From Desulfobulbaceae bacterium (GTDB lineage Bacteria; Desulfobacterota; Desulfobulbia; Desulfobulbales; Desulfobulbaceae), in assembly GCA_026990725.1 (NCBI GenBank), contig JALXCX010000056.1:1-27903 (forward strand): 27,903 nucleotides of DNA, written 5' to 3'. Below, in pieces: positions 17,020 to 26,128 of this stretch. Each line of letters starts with the position of its first letter. Positions within the stretch are counted from its first letter, which is position 1. The notes below the pieces were generated by a model. The model saw nothing but the letters and a program-made list of their open reading frames with translations. It was not told where the DNA came from and made no database searches. The position numbers and the translations under genes are program-made.

Positions 17020-17646
17020 ATGCAGATTCAATATAAACCAAAAAGAAACCTGCTGCAGACCATCCTGCATGTTGAGATTATGCAGGGTATGGCGTTGACC
17101 TTACGCAAGCTCTTTTCTAAGCCCATAACACGGCAGTACCCGAAAGAGATGCCTGATGTTCAACTTGGGTTTCGAGGACAACATGCGCTGGTTCGTGATG
17201 AAGATACTGGTCAATCAAAATGTGTTGCCTGTATGCGGTGTGTTACTGTCTGTCCGTCACGATGTATTAAGATCACCTATCATGATGATGAAGAAACAGG
17301 TGCCAGAGTCGTTGACACCTACGATATTGAAGCCCTTCGTTGTGTTTATTGCGGCTTTTGCGAAGAGGTGTGTCCTGTTAATGCGGTTACCTTGACTGAA
17401 GTTTTTGAATATTCAGCTTATGCGCGTGAGGAAATATTTTTTAATCAGGAGACATTGCTGGCGAACTGGGATCGATTTGCCAAAGATAAAGGTTCTGATA
17501 TGTCAACTTACGTAAATCCCTTCTGGCGGCCACGTGGTATGAACGCAGATAAACTTACTGCTGCAAAGAGGGTAGAAGTACCAGACGAATGGACCATTAA
17601 AGGCCAGGTTGTCGGTAAAAAATTTAAGGCAAAGGGTACTGAATAA
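17020..17646 (+). CDS. nuoI: Subunit I (2x[4Fe-4S]) with C-terminal extension
   Basis: TRQYP, FRGQH, CVACMRCVTVCP, CVYCGFCEEVCP. Confidence 0.95.
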   Translation: MQIQYKPKRNLLQTILHVEIMQGMALTLRKLFSKPITRQYPKEMPDVQLGFRGQHALVRDEDTGQSKCVACMRCVTVCPSRCIKITYHDDEETGARVVDTYDIEALRCVYCGFCEEVCPVNAVTLTEVFEYSAYAREEIFFNQETLLANWDRFAKDKGSDMSTYVNPFWRPRGMNADKLTAAKRVEVPDEWTIKGQVVGKKFKAKGTE

Positions 17647-17659
17647 GGAGCCGGTCTTT

Positions 17660-18187
17660 ATGTTTACACAAATTTTCTTCCTCTACTGTGCCGTGATGAT
17701 ATTAGGCAGTGCAATGCTTGCTATCACACGACGAAACCCTGTACATGCGGTGCTAATGTTACTGTTGATGTTTTTTCATATGGCAGGATTATACATTTCA
17801 CTACAGTCAGAATTCCTTGCTGCCGTACAGATTATTGTTTACGCAGGTGCCATTCTCGTTCTCTATCTGTTTGTTCTTTTCCTTGTCAATATACGTGAAG
17901 AATTACAAATCGATTCACTGGTTGACAGTGCATGGCTTGGCCGGATTATTTCGGCTACTCTGGCTCTTATTCTAGTTAGCATCATTCCAGCTTTTGTTCT
18001 CGGCGAAAAAGGTAGCTGGCCCGTTGAAAGGATACAGGAACTAACACATACGAAAGCAATCGGACTGGCAATGTATACAACCTATATATTTCCATTTGAG
18101 ATTGCTGGTCTGATACTGCTTGTTGCGGTCATAGGTGGACTGGTTCTGGCTAAAAAAGATAATACAAATCAAACATTGGAAGGCTGA
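17660..18187 (+). CDS. nuoJ: Subunit J
   Basis: RNPVHAV, EFLAAVQIIVYAGAILVLYLFV, FPFEIAGLILLVA. Start moved to ATG 17660 (AAGGAG 9 nt upstream). Confidence 0.94.
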   Translation: MFTQIFFLYCAVMILGSAMLAITRRNPVHAVLMLLLMFFHMAGLYISLQSEFLAAVQIIVYAGAILVLYLFVLFLVNIREELQIDSLVDSAWLGRIISATLALILVSIIPAFVLGEKGSWPVERIQELTHTKAIGLAMYTTYIFPFEIAGLILLVAVIGGLVLAKKDNTNQTLEG

Positions 18188-18280
18188 TATCATGGTAGGC
18201 ACCCAAGTCCTTGCTCACGACATAACAATGACTGTTATATCTCGAATGAGTCTTCAGTCGAAAGAACCGGAGGCTAACAG

Positions 18281-18583
18281 ATGATTCCATTAAGCTGGTA
18301 TATGGCACTGGCGGCAATTTTATTCGCCATCGGAGTGTGCGGGTTTCTGACCCGAAGAAATATCATCATAATGTTTCTTTCCACTGAATTGATGCTCAAT
18401 GCCGTGAATCTTAATTTCGTCGCTTTGAGTCATTACTTAGAATCTATGAACGGACAGGTATTTACTTTTTTTATCATTACCGTAGCAGCAGCGGAAGCGG
18501 CTATCGGTCTTGGTATCGCTGTTTCTTTGTATCGGTGCAGACATACTGTCCATGTTGATGAAATTAATGAGTTGAAGGGGTAA
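18281..18583 (+). CDS. nuoK: Subunit K
   Basis: [31 protein letters not shown]. Confidence 0.96.
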   Translation: MIPLSWYMALAAILFAIGVCGFLTRRNIIIMFLSTELMLNAVNLNFVALSHYLESMNGQVFTFFIITVAAAEAAIGLGIAVSLYRCRHTVHVDEINELKG

Positions 18584-18585
18584 GC

Positions 18586-20865
18586 ATGAAATTTCGAGTA
18601 TTAAACATAGCTTTCCTGGTTCTTACCCTGGCTGGAATCTGCTGGAGTCAAGATGTGACCGCATCTGTTCATCAAGGTGCAGCGGCACACGTTGCACCTG
18701 TTATGGTTGCACTGAACCACAGTGAAAGTGCAGCGACCACCGCTGTTGACAATGAGCTCATAACTCATAAAACCATTGAAGAGGTGCAGGCTGCCGGCCC
18801 TGCAGATCTTGTTGTTGAGCAGGTAACTGCTGAGGACGGCACAGTTGCTTCGGAGCACGAACCGGCAGAGCACAATGCCGAAGCACACCAGGGAGGACAT
18901 CATTCAAGTGTCCGACAGATAGTTATGCCTCAGGCAGGTGGCAAGATCCCCGGGTTTTTGTTTTTCATTCCTTTTTTGCCGCTAGCCTCATTTTTCTTTA
19001 CTTTTATTTTTGGTAAGTATTTAGGCGTTCGTTCACATTGGGTGCCAATAGTTGCGGTACTTATTTCTTTCTCCTGCGCCTTGAAAGCTTTTTTTATGGT
19101 GAAGGCAGGGCATTATGTCAATCAGGATTTATATACCTGGATTTCATCTGGTGATACGAGAGTTGCTGTCGGGTTTCTTGTTGATCAGCTGACTTCTGTC
19201 ATGTTGATCGTTGTTACGAGTGTCAGTAGCCTTGTCCATATTTATTCTGTTGGATATATGAAGGGTGAAGACGGATATTATCGCTTTTATTCATACTTGA
19301 GCCTTTTTACTTTTTCCATGCTCATGCTGGTACTTGGGAATAACTTTATGCAGTTATTCTTTGGTTGGGAAGCTGTTGGGCTCTCTTCATATTTACTAAT
19401 CGGCTTTTATTACGAAAAAGTATCAGCGGCCACTGCAGGACGGAAGGCCTTTATTGTAAACCGGTTTGGCGATTTCGGTTTTATCCTTGGTTTATTCCTT
19501 ATATATGTAAATTTTGGGTCGCTCCATTATCACGAAGTATTTGCTCATGCACATCAGATAGTTGGCCAGACATTTACCATATTTGGCATGTCCTTTGATA
19601 TGCCTACAGCAATCGCGCTCCTGCTCTTCTGTGGTGCAATTGGTAAATCTGCACAAATTCCGCTTCATGTCTGGTTACCTGATGCCATGGAAGGTCCGAC
19701 CCCCGTTAGTGCTTTGATTCATGCGGCAACGATGGTTACTGCTGGTGTCTTTTTAATTGCCCGCTGTAATGTTCTTTTTGAACTCTCACCATTTGCCATG
19801 AATATTGTGACAATACTCGGTGCTATCACCTGTTTGTTTGCAGCTACTATTGCCCTTGTTCAAACAGATATAAAACGTGTGGTTGCTTACTCAACAGTTA
19901 GTCAGCTAGCCTATATGTTTATTGGCTGCGGTGTTGGAGCCTATTCGGCTGGGGTATTTCATCTTTTTACCCATGCTTTTTTTAAAGCACTCCTGTTTCT
20001 TGGTTGTGGTTCCATCATTTTGGGAATGCATCATGAACAGGAAGTTGAATATATGGGGGGGCTAAAAAAGTATATGCCAATTACTTATTGGACTTTCCTG
20101 TTAGCTTCCCTTTCAATTTCCGGTGTTCCAGGTCTGTCTGGCTTTTTCAGTAAGGATGAAATCCTGCTCATGGCCTTTAATACTCCGATCGGCGCAGGTA
20201 AGTTTGCATGGTTTATTGGAACACTTGTTGCCTTCATGACAGCTTTTTATTCCTTTCGATTATTCTTTCTCATCTTTCACGGAGAGTTTCGTGGAACTCA
20301 AAAACAGAAGGATCATCTCAAGGAATCTCCTCTTGTTGTTACTGTTCCCCTGATGCTGCTTGCTTTCGGTGCAGTCTTTGCCGGTTGGCTTGGCGTACCT
20401 GATATTCTTGGCGGCGAGAACCACTGGGCTTCATTTCTTGCCCCTGTTTTAGGGCATCCACATGTAACAGTATCACATTATGGTGAGTCTTTATTGATGG
20501 GTACATCAATTCTGGCAGGTGTTTTTGGTATACTGCTGGCGTATTATATGTACATTATGCGACCTGAGCTTCCAGGCGAACTCGTTGAACGCTTGCCAAA
20601 AACCTATAATCTGTTGAAAAACAAATACTATATTGATGAGATTTACATTAATTACCTCGTTGATCCTACATTGACGTTCAGCCGCAAATTCATTCTCAAT
20701 GTTGTCGATATTGGTATTATTGAGGGTATTGTCAACGGGATACCGCGGGGGATTGGTGGTCTATCCAAAAAGATGAGAAAGCTTCAGGATGGCCAGGTAT
20801 CTCATTACCTGACTTGGATGGGAGTGAGCTCGTTGCTCATTCTTGTGTGGATGTTTGCAAGATAA
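18586..20865 (+). CDS. nuoL: Subunit L with a ~120-aa N-terminal extension
   Basis: FFGWEAVG, AFIVNRFGD, GKSAQIPLHVWLPDAMEGPTPVSALIHAATMV, YSTVSQL, HAFFKALLF, NKYYIDE. Confidence 0.95.
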   Translation: MKFRVLNIAFLVLTLAGICWSQDVTASVHQGAAAHVAPVMVALNHSESAATTAVDNELITHKTIEEVQAAGPADLVVEQVTAEDGTVASEHEPAEHNAEAHQGGHHSSVRQIVMPQAGGKIPGFLFFIPFLPLASFFFTFIFGKYLGVRSHWVPIVAVLISFSCALKAFFMVKAGHYVNQDLYTWISSGDTRVAVGFLVDQLTSVMLIVVTSVSSLVHIYSVGYMKGEDGYYRFYSYLSLFTFSMLMLVLGNNFMQLFFGWEAVGLSSYLLIGFYYEKVSAATAGRKAFIVNRFGDFGFILGLFLIYVNFGSLHYHEVFAHAHQIVGQTFTIFGMSFDMPTAIALLLFCGAIGKSAQIPLHVWLPDAMEGPTPVSALIHAATMVTAGVFLIARCNVLFELSPFAMNIVTILGAITCLFAATIALVQTDIKRVVAYSTVSQLAYMFIGCGVGAYSAGVFHLFTHAFFKALLFLGCGSIILGMHHEQEVEYMGGLKKYMPITYWTFLLASLSISGVPGLSGFFSKDEILLMAFNTPIGAGKFAWFIGTLVAFMTAFYSFRLFFLIFHGEFRGTQKQKDHLKESPLVVTVPLMLLAFGAVFAGWLGVPDILGGENHWASFLAPVLGHPHVTVSHYGESLLMGTSILAGVFGILLAYYMYIMRPELPGELVERLPKTYNLLKNKYYIDEIYINYLVDPTLTFSRKFILNVVDIGIIEGIVNGIPRGIGGLSKKMRKLQDGQVSHYLTWMGVSSLLILVWMFAR

Positions 20866-20982
20866 CCCCCACACTATATTTCTTAGTAATGAAATGGGTA
20901 ACAACATTGATTTAGTTACCTTGATGATTGGGGAGCGGGTAATAGCTCCTGATTTCCTAAAAAATTAATCACGGGAATAAGC

Positions 20983-22494
20983 ATGTCAGTACCATTGTTA
21001 AGCACCCTAACCTTCTTTCCAGTATTAGGCGGTCTTTCCCTGCTGCTAGTAAAGAAGGAGGAAGTCCAGACCATTAAGATCATGGCCCTGGTTATCAGCC
21101 TGATCGAAATCCTGCTTGCTGTACCGTTGTTTTTTCTGTTTGATAAGACAACGCCTCTCATGCAGTTCACGGAGTTTCATACTTGGATACCAGCTTTTAA
21201 TATCAATTACTCTATGGGGATTGATGGTATCAGCGTGTTGTTTATTCTTCTTTCGGCATTGATTACTACACTGTCAATCAGTGTGTCTTGGGAAGCTATT
21301 CAAACGAAGGTCAAAGAGTTCTTCATTGCTATCCTCATTCTTGAAGGAATGATGATTGGTGTTTTCTGTGCTCTTGATTTCTTCCTCTTTTATATCTTTT
21401 GGGAAGCCATGCTGATCCCCATGTTCCTGATTATCGGTATTTGGGGCGGACCTAATCGGTTGTATGCAACTGTTAAATTCTTTCTCTACACTCTTGTTGG
21501 TAGTTTGTTGATGCTTATTGGTATAATCACTCTGTATGCTCAGGGTGGACATACTTTTGATATCCTGAAACTTGCGCAGCATTCATTTCCAATCGGATTA
21601 CAGAAAACACTTTTTTGGGCATTCTTTGCTGCTTTTGCAGTAAAAGTGCCCATGTGGCCTGTGCATACCTGGTTGCCTGACGCACATACAGAAGCACCCA
21701 CTGCTGGTTCAGTAATACTTGCTGGTATCCTGATTAAGATGGGAGCCTATGGTTTCTTACGATTTTCAATGCCAATCCTCCCGGATGCTACGCAGGCAAT
21801 GATGGTACCGATGCTGGTACTTTCTTTAATCGGTATTATATACGGGGCAATTATCTGTCTTTCTCAAACTGATCTTAAGCGTCTGATTGCCTACAGCTCT
21901 GTAAGTCATATGGGGTTTGTCACTTTAGGTATATATGCTTTGAATCAGCAGAGTATTGAAGGTGGAATCCTGCAGATGATTAATCATGGTGTTGTGACGG
22001 GTGCACTTTTTCTTTCCATCGGCATGGTTTATGAGCGGACTCATACACGTGTTATTGCTGATTATGGCGGACTATCCTCAACTATGCCGGTTTTTGGTTC
22101 CTTTTTCCTCTTTTTTACTTTGGCCTCAGTCGGGCTTCCGGGAACGAATGGATTTATTGGAGAATTTTTGATTCTGCTTGGGAGTTTTATTAATCGGCCC
22201 TGGGTTGCTTTTTTTGCGGCAACTGGCCTCATTCTTGGAGCCTGGTATATGTTATGGCTCTATCAGCGAATATTTTTTAACCCTGTTAACAAGAAGGTTG
22301 TGGGCCTGCCAGAGCTTAATGCACGAGAGATTTGTACACTGCTTCCTATGGTGGCACTCATCTTTTGGATTGGCTTGTACCCGAACGCTATGCTTGGTTT
22401 CATGCATGAGTCGGTACGTCATCTTATTGAACAGGTTTACGGTACAGGTGTTACCCAGACTGCGAGTCAAGTCAGTGCAATGTTAATGCATTGA
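20983..22494 (+). CDS. nuoM: Subunit M
   Basis: GIDGIS, FYIFWEAMLIPM, AVKVPMWPVHTWLPDAHTEAP, KMGAYG, GFIGEF. Confidence 0.96.
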   Translation: MSVPLLSTLTFFPVLGGLSLLLVKKEEVQTIKIMALVISLIEILLAVPLFFLFDKTTPLMQFTEFHTWIPAFNINYSMGIDGISVLFILLSALITTLSISVSWEAIQTKVKEFFIAILILEGMMIGVFCALDFFLFYIFWEAMLIPMFLIIGIWGGPNRLYATVKFFLYTLVGSLLMLIGIITLYAQGGHTFDILKLAQHSFPIGLQKTLFWAFFAAFAVKVPMWPVHTWLPDAHTEAPTAGSVILAGILIKMGAYGFLRFSMPILPDATQAMMVPMLVLSLIGIIYGAIICLSQTDLKRLIAYSSVSHMGFVTLGIYALNQQSIEGGILQMINHGVVTGALFLSIGMVYERTHTRVIADYGGLSSTMPVFGSFFLFFTLASVGLPGTNGFIGEFLILLGSFINRPWVAFFAATGLILGAWYMLWLYQRIFFNPVNKKVVGLPELNAREICTLLPMVALIFWIGLYPNAMLGFMHESVRHLIEQVYGTGVTQTASQVSAMLMH

Positions 22495-22536
22495 TCTGAA
22501 CAATTAATTTTTGTAAGTGAGACAAAAGGATAGACA

Positions 22537-23985
22537 ATGATGGAAACAGCGATTGTCAGCTGGACAGCCTTTGAGCCTATTTTACCAGAAATGTTGCTGG
22601 TATGTATTGCATTGGCCATAATCGGATTCGATTTGTTCGCAGGGAAACAGCGTGAACAACTCATACCTTGGATTACAGTCTTGGGCGGGGTAATCGTCCT
22701 TGGCATGGTAGCCGGAGAAAAGTATGGTCAGGCGTTTGACGGGATGTTTATCACCGATGGATACGCTTCTTTTTTCAAAGTAGTATGCATGATAAGTGTC
22801 ATAATGGCCGCTCTTATGAGTGAACATTTCAGGCAGAGGGAAAAACTTCCGCTGGGGGAATATAATAGCCTCATGGTCCTTTCCGCAGTCGGTATGTTGA
22901 TCATGGCCTCTGCCGGAGATTTGATGGTACTCTATCTGGGCCTTGAATTAATGGCCTTATCTGTTTATTGCCTGGTAGGTCTCCATCACGGTGATCCAAA
23001 GACAGGCGAAGCTGCGATGAAATATTTCCTAATGGGCGGTTTTGCATCTGCAATTCTGCTTTATGGAATGTCATTGGTTTATGGGCTTACTGGAACAACA
23101 AATATAGCCAAGATTGCCCAGTTATCGTCATCTGGACAGTTATTGACTAATCCTGCTCTTATGGCAGCGCTTGGTATGATGATAGCCGCATTTTGTTTTA
23201 AGGTGGCCATCGCTCCATTTCATTTTTGGACACCGGATGTTTATGAAGGTGCACCTACCCCTGTAACAGCATTTATGTCTGTAGGACCTAAGGCTGCAGG
23301 TTTCGCTGTATTTGGGCGTGTGCTCGTATCCGGGTTTCCCCAGTTTCATGATAGCTGGGGGACCTTGCTCTCCCTGCTTGCTATTTTGACAATGGCAGTA
23401 GGTAATATTACAGCTCTTTCTCAGGTTTCAATTAAGAGAATGCTTGCTTATTCCGCCATTGCTCATGCAGGTTATGCCCTTCTTGGTGTCCTTAGTGGTA
23501 CCCCTGAGGGCCTGTCTGCCACCATGAGTTACCTGTTAATCTATGCTTTTATGAATATGGGCGCCTTTGCTATACTCATACTTATGTCCTCTCCGGATAA
23601 CCATCGTGAGACACTTGATGATTTTAAAGGTTTGTCTAAAACCCATCCGGGTGCTGCTTTTATGATGTTGATCTTTATGTTCTCTCTTACTGGTATTCCA
23701 CCAACGGCTGGTTTTATAGGAAAATTCTATCTGCTTAAATCTGCATTAGCTGCCGGCTATACAATGACTGTAATTTGTCTTGTTATTTTCAGCTCAATTT
23801 CAGCTTATTTTTACTTAAGAGTTGTACGTTATATGTACATGGCTGATCCCGAAAAGGAAGTAAGCATCAATTTTACACCGGGGCTTACCGTTGTCCTTGG
23901 TTTATCTCTTTTGGGTGTTATCGGGCTTGGGCTTTTCCCGGGTTCAATGATAGCCCAGGCTGCTGGTGCGCTACTCGGTCAATAA
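22537..23985 (+). CDS. nuoN: Subunit N
   Basis: YLGLELMAL, EAAMKYF, FKVAIAPFHFWTPDVYEGAPTP, KRMLAYSAIAHAGY, GIPPTAGFIGKF. Confidence 0.96.
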   Translation: MMETAIVSWTAFEPILPEMLLVCIALAIIGFDLFAGKQREQLIPWITVLGGVIVLGMVAGEKYGQAFDGMFITDGYASFFKVVCMISVIMAALMSEHFRQREKLPLGEYNSLMVLSAVGMLIMASAGDLMVLYLGLELMALSVYCLVGLHHGDPKTGEAAMKYFLMGGFASAILLYGMSLVYGLTGTTNIAKIAQLSSSGQLLTNPALMAALGMMIAAFCFKVAIAPFHFWTPDVYEGAPTPVTAFMSVGPKAAGFAVFGRVLVSGFPQFHDSWGTLLSLLAILTMAVGNITALSQVSIKRMLAYSAIAHAGYALLGVLSGTPEGLSATMSYLLIYAFMNMGAFAILILMSSPDNHRETLDDFKGLSKTHPGAAFMMLIFMFSLTGIPPTAGFIGKFYLLKSALAAGYTMTVICLVIFSSISAYFYLRVVRYMYMADPEKEVSINFTPGLTVVLGLSLLGVIGLGLFPGSMIAQAAGALLGQ

Positions 23986-24020
23986 TAGACTATTATAAAT
24001 TTATTTAATCATTAATCCTT

Positions 24021-24045
24021 TCCAGGAATTTTCAAATTTCCTGGA
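24021..24045. repeat. 8-bp inverted repeat downstream of nuoN
   Basis: TCCAGGAA-9 nt-TTCCTGGA. Confidence 0.45.
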
Positions 24046-24169
24046 TTATAACAAGTCGGTGAAAAGTTCTATATCGACGCATAAATTGGCTTGAGTGTTT
24101 ACATTCTGCCAATATGGGTGTGGAGGCAGACTGCCAATCTACCTTGATGCCTAGTTTTCTCCTTCGCAA

Positions 24170-24196
24170 GACGACCGGTCGTTGTGGCCGGTCGTC
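24170..24196. terminator. GC-rich hairpin between convergent nuoN and cmk, probable terminator
   Basis: GACGACCGGTC-gttgt-GGCCGGTCGTC: 11-bp stem with one G-U pair; pyrimidine-rich tail on the + strand. Confidence 0.6.
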
Positions 24197-24224
24197 GTCC
24201 TTCTTTACTTCTTTAAGTATATTT

Positions 24225-24905
24225 TCAGTGGATAATATATGACCGCATGAGAGCTATCACAGCCTTTGCGTCCATTGTTGTTGAGTCTATATAGATGGCT
24301 TCAGGGGATGGTTTGAGGGGCGCAAGGCTTCTTTCTGAATCAGCCTTGTCTCGCTCATTAATCATAGATAATATGAGTTTTTCGTCAACTTGTTGGCCAT
24401 CATTCCTGAGCTGAAGTATCCTGCGTTTGGCTCTACTTTCAGGGGTAGCATCAAGATAAAACTTCCAGGCAGCCTCGGGGAAGACCACTGTTCCTGTATC
24501 TCTGCCTTCCGCTACAATTTTACCTTTTTTGGCAATCACTTGCTGTAGGGCTGTAAGATTTGTGCGTACGGGCTCGTGTACGGATACCTGTGAGGCCAGG
24601 TTTCCAATCTCAGCAGTTCGGATATGCATGCTGATTTCTTGATTATTAAGAAAAACAAGCACGTTATCGTCAGCGTTATTGGCTGGTTGTAAGCTAATTG
24701 AAAAATCAGGCAGAACTGCTTTGACTGCTTCTTGGTTTTTTACATCAACTCTAAGTTGCTGGCAGCCGTAGGCAACTGCTCGGTACATGGCACCAGTGTC
24801 AAGGTAAGTAAAATGTAATTGCCTGGCAAGCCCTCGGGAAACGGTGGATTTTCCTACGCCGGCTGGCCCGTCTATTGTCACAACTTCACATATTTTCCTA
24901 CACAT
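24225..24905 (-). CDS. cmk: Cytidylate kinase
   Basis: TIDGPAGVGKST, YLDTGAMYRA, VAEGRDTGTVVFP, RDKADSER. ATG at 24905 overlaps the hisC stop. Confidence 0.94.
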   Translation of the reverse strand: MCRKICEVVTIDGPAGVGKSTVSRGLARQLHFTYLDTGAMYRAVAYGCQQLRVDVKNQEAVKAVLPDFSISLQPANNADDNVLVFLNNQEISMHIRTAEIGNLASQVSVHEPVRTNLTALQQVIAKKGKIVAEGRDTGTVVFPEAAWKFYLDATPESRAKRRILQLRNDGQQVDEKLILSMINERDKADSERSLAPLKPSPEAIYIDSTTMDAKAVIALMRSYIIH

Positions 24906-26010
24906 AACCAAGCTCAGTCAGGGAATCTTTCAAGGCCTTAATAAATCGTTTATTCTCATCATTTGTCCCGATGGTGATCCGTATATAATTGGGGAAGCCA
25001 TAGGCTTTCATAGAACGAACTATAACCCCTTTGTAGAGCATTGATTCGTAAAGAGTCGTGGCATCACCCTGTACATCAATTAAAAAGAAGTTGGTGTGTG
25101 AGGAGTACGCTTTACAGCCAAGAGCCTTTACCTTCTCCGTGAGCCAGACCAGCCCCTCTTTTGTCAGCTTCATTGTCCGATCATAATGCTCTTGATCATC
25201 TAAGGCTGCAAGAGCCCCAATCTGTGCGGGCAGGTTAATATTAAAAGGTTGTCTTACCCTGTGCAGCAATGATGCAATATCTAAGTGCATAATGCCAAAA
25301 CCTACCCGTAGGCCGGCTAGGCCAAAAGCCTTTGAAAATGTACGTAGTGAAACAACAGCTGGAATGCCTACGTTATCACGAATAAGTGAGTTTATATCTA
25401 TACGTTTTTCTTGATCGACAAAATCAATGTATGCCTCGTCCAGGACAACTATAACGGTTTCAGGAAGCCGTTTCAAAAAATTCATGAACTTGTCTCTACT
25501 AATGAGAGTGGCACAGGGATTGTTGGGATTGTCGAGAAATATCAAGCGGGTTCGCTTTGTCGTCGCCTCAACAATGGCATCGAGATCATGGTCAAATTGT
25601 CTAAGATTAATGACTGTATTACGGCCACCGCGGATCTGGACAAATTTTTGGTACATTAGGAAAGAGGGATGACTGGTAATAACTTCATCACCGGGCTGGA
25701 CAAAGGCTTTAACAAGAAATTCTATGACTTCATTGGAGCCATTCCCTAAAACAATTTGCTCGGGTGTTGCGTCAACCCAATGGGCAATTGCCTGAGTTAA
25801 ATAATAGCTTGATCCGTCTGGATAACGGTGTAAGCCCGTGAGCATCTTTCTAATGGCCTCAACGGCCTTGGGAGATGGGCCAAAAGGATTCTCATTTGAA
25901 GCAAGTTTAATGGACTCCGTGATCCCGTACTCCCGTTCTAGCTCGTCTTGTGGTTTTCCGGGCGGGTAGGGGACTATCTCGGCAATATTATCTGGGGCTA
26001 ATAGTTTCAT
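24898..26010 (-). CDS. hisC: Histidinol-phosphate aminotransferase
   Basis: KLASNENP, RYPD, GNGSNE, NPNNP, DEAYIDF, RTFSKAFGLAGLRVG (PLP lysine). Confidence 0.92.
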   Translation of the reverse strand: MKLLAPDNIAEIVPYPPGKPQDELEREYGITESIKLASNENPFGPSPKAVEAIRKMLTGLHRYPDGSSYYLTQAIAHWVDATPEQIVLGNGSNEVIEFLVKAFVQPGDEVITSHPSFLMYQKFVQIRGGRNTVINLRQFDHDLDAIVEATTKRTRLIFLDNPNNPCATLISRDKFMNFLKRLPETVIVVLDEAYIDFVDQEKRIDINSLIRDNVGIPAVVSLRTFSKAFGLAGLRVGFGIMHLDIASLLHRVRQPFNINLPAQIGALAALDDQEHYDRTMKLTKEGLVWLTEKVKALGCKAYSSHTNFFLIDVQGDATTLYESMLYKGVIVRSMKAYGFPNYIRITIGTNDENKRFIKALKDSLTELGYV

Positions 26011-26128
26011 TGTTTAACAAAATGTTTACGTGTAAAATGTGAGATTCTCAGTCTTTGGCAATTAATTCTATCAATACATTATCATTTAGAACGAACTGAA
26101 GACTTGCCTTGACTCTATGAAGGATTTG

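Noticed and set aside
13278-23985. Group 4 [NiFe]-hydrogenase (Ech/Hyc/Hyf) or formate hydrogenlyase-like complex
   Set aside because: The large subunit has no CxxC/DPCxxC nickel ligands and keeps quinone-site His/Tyr. The Mo subunit resembles PhsA/PsrA rather than FdhF.
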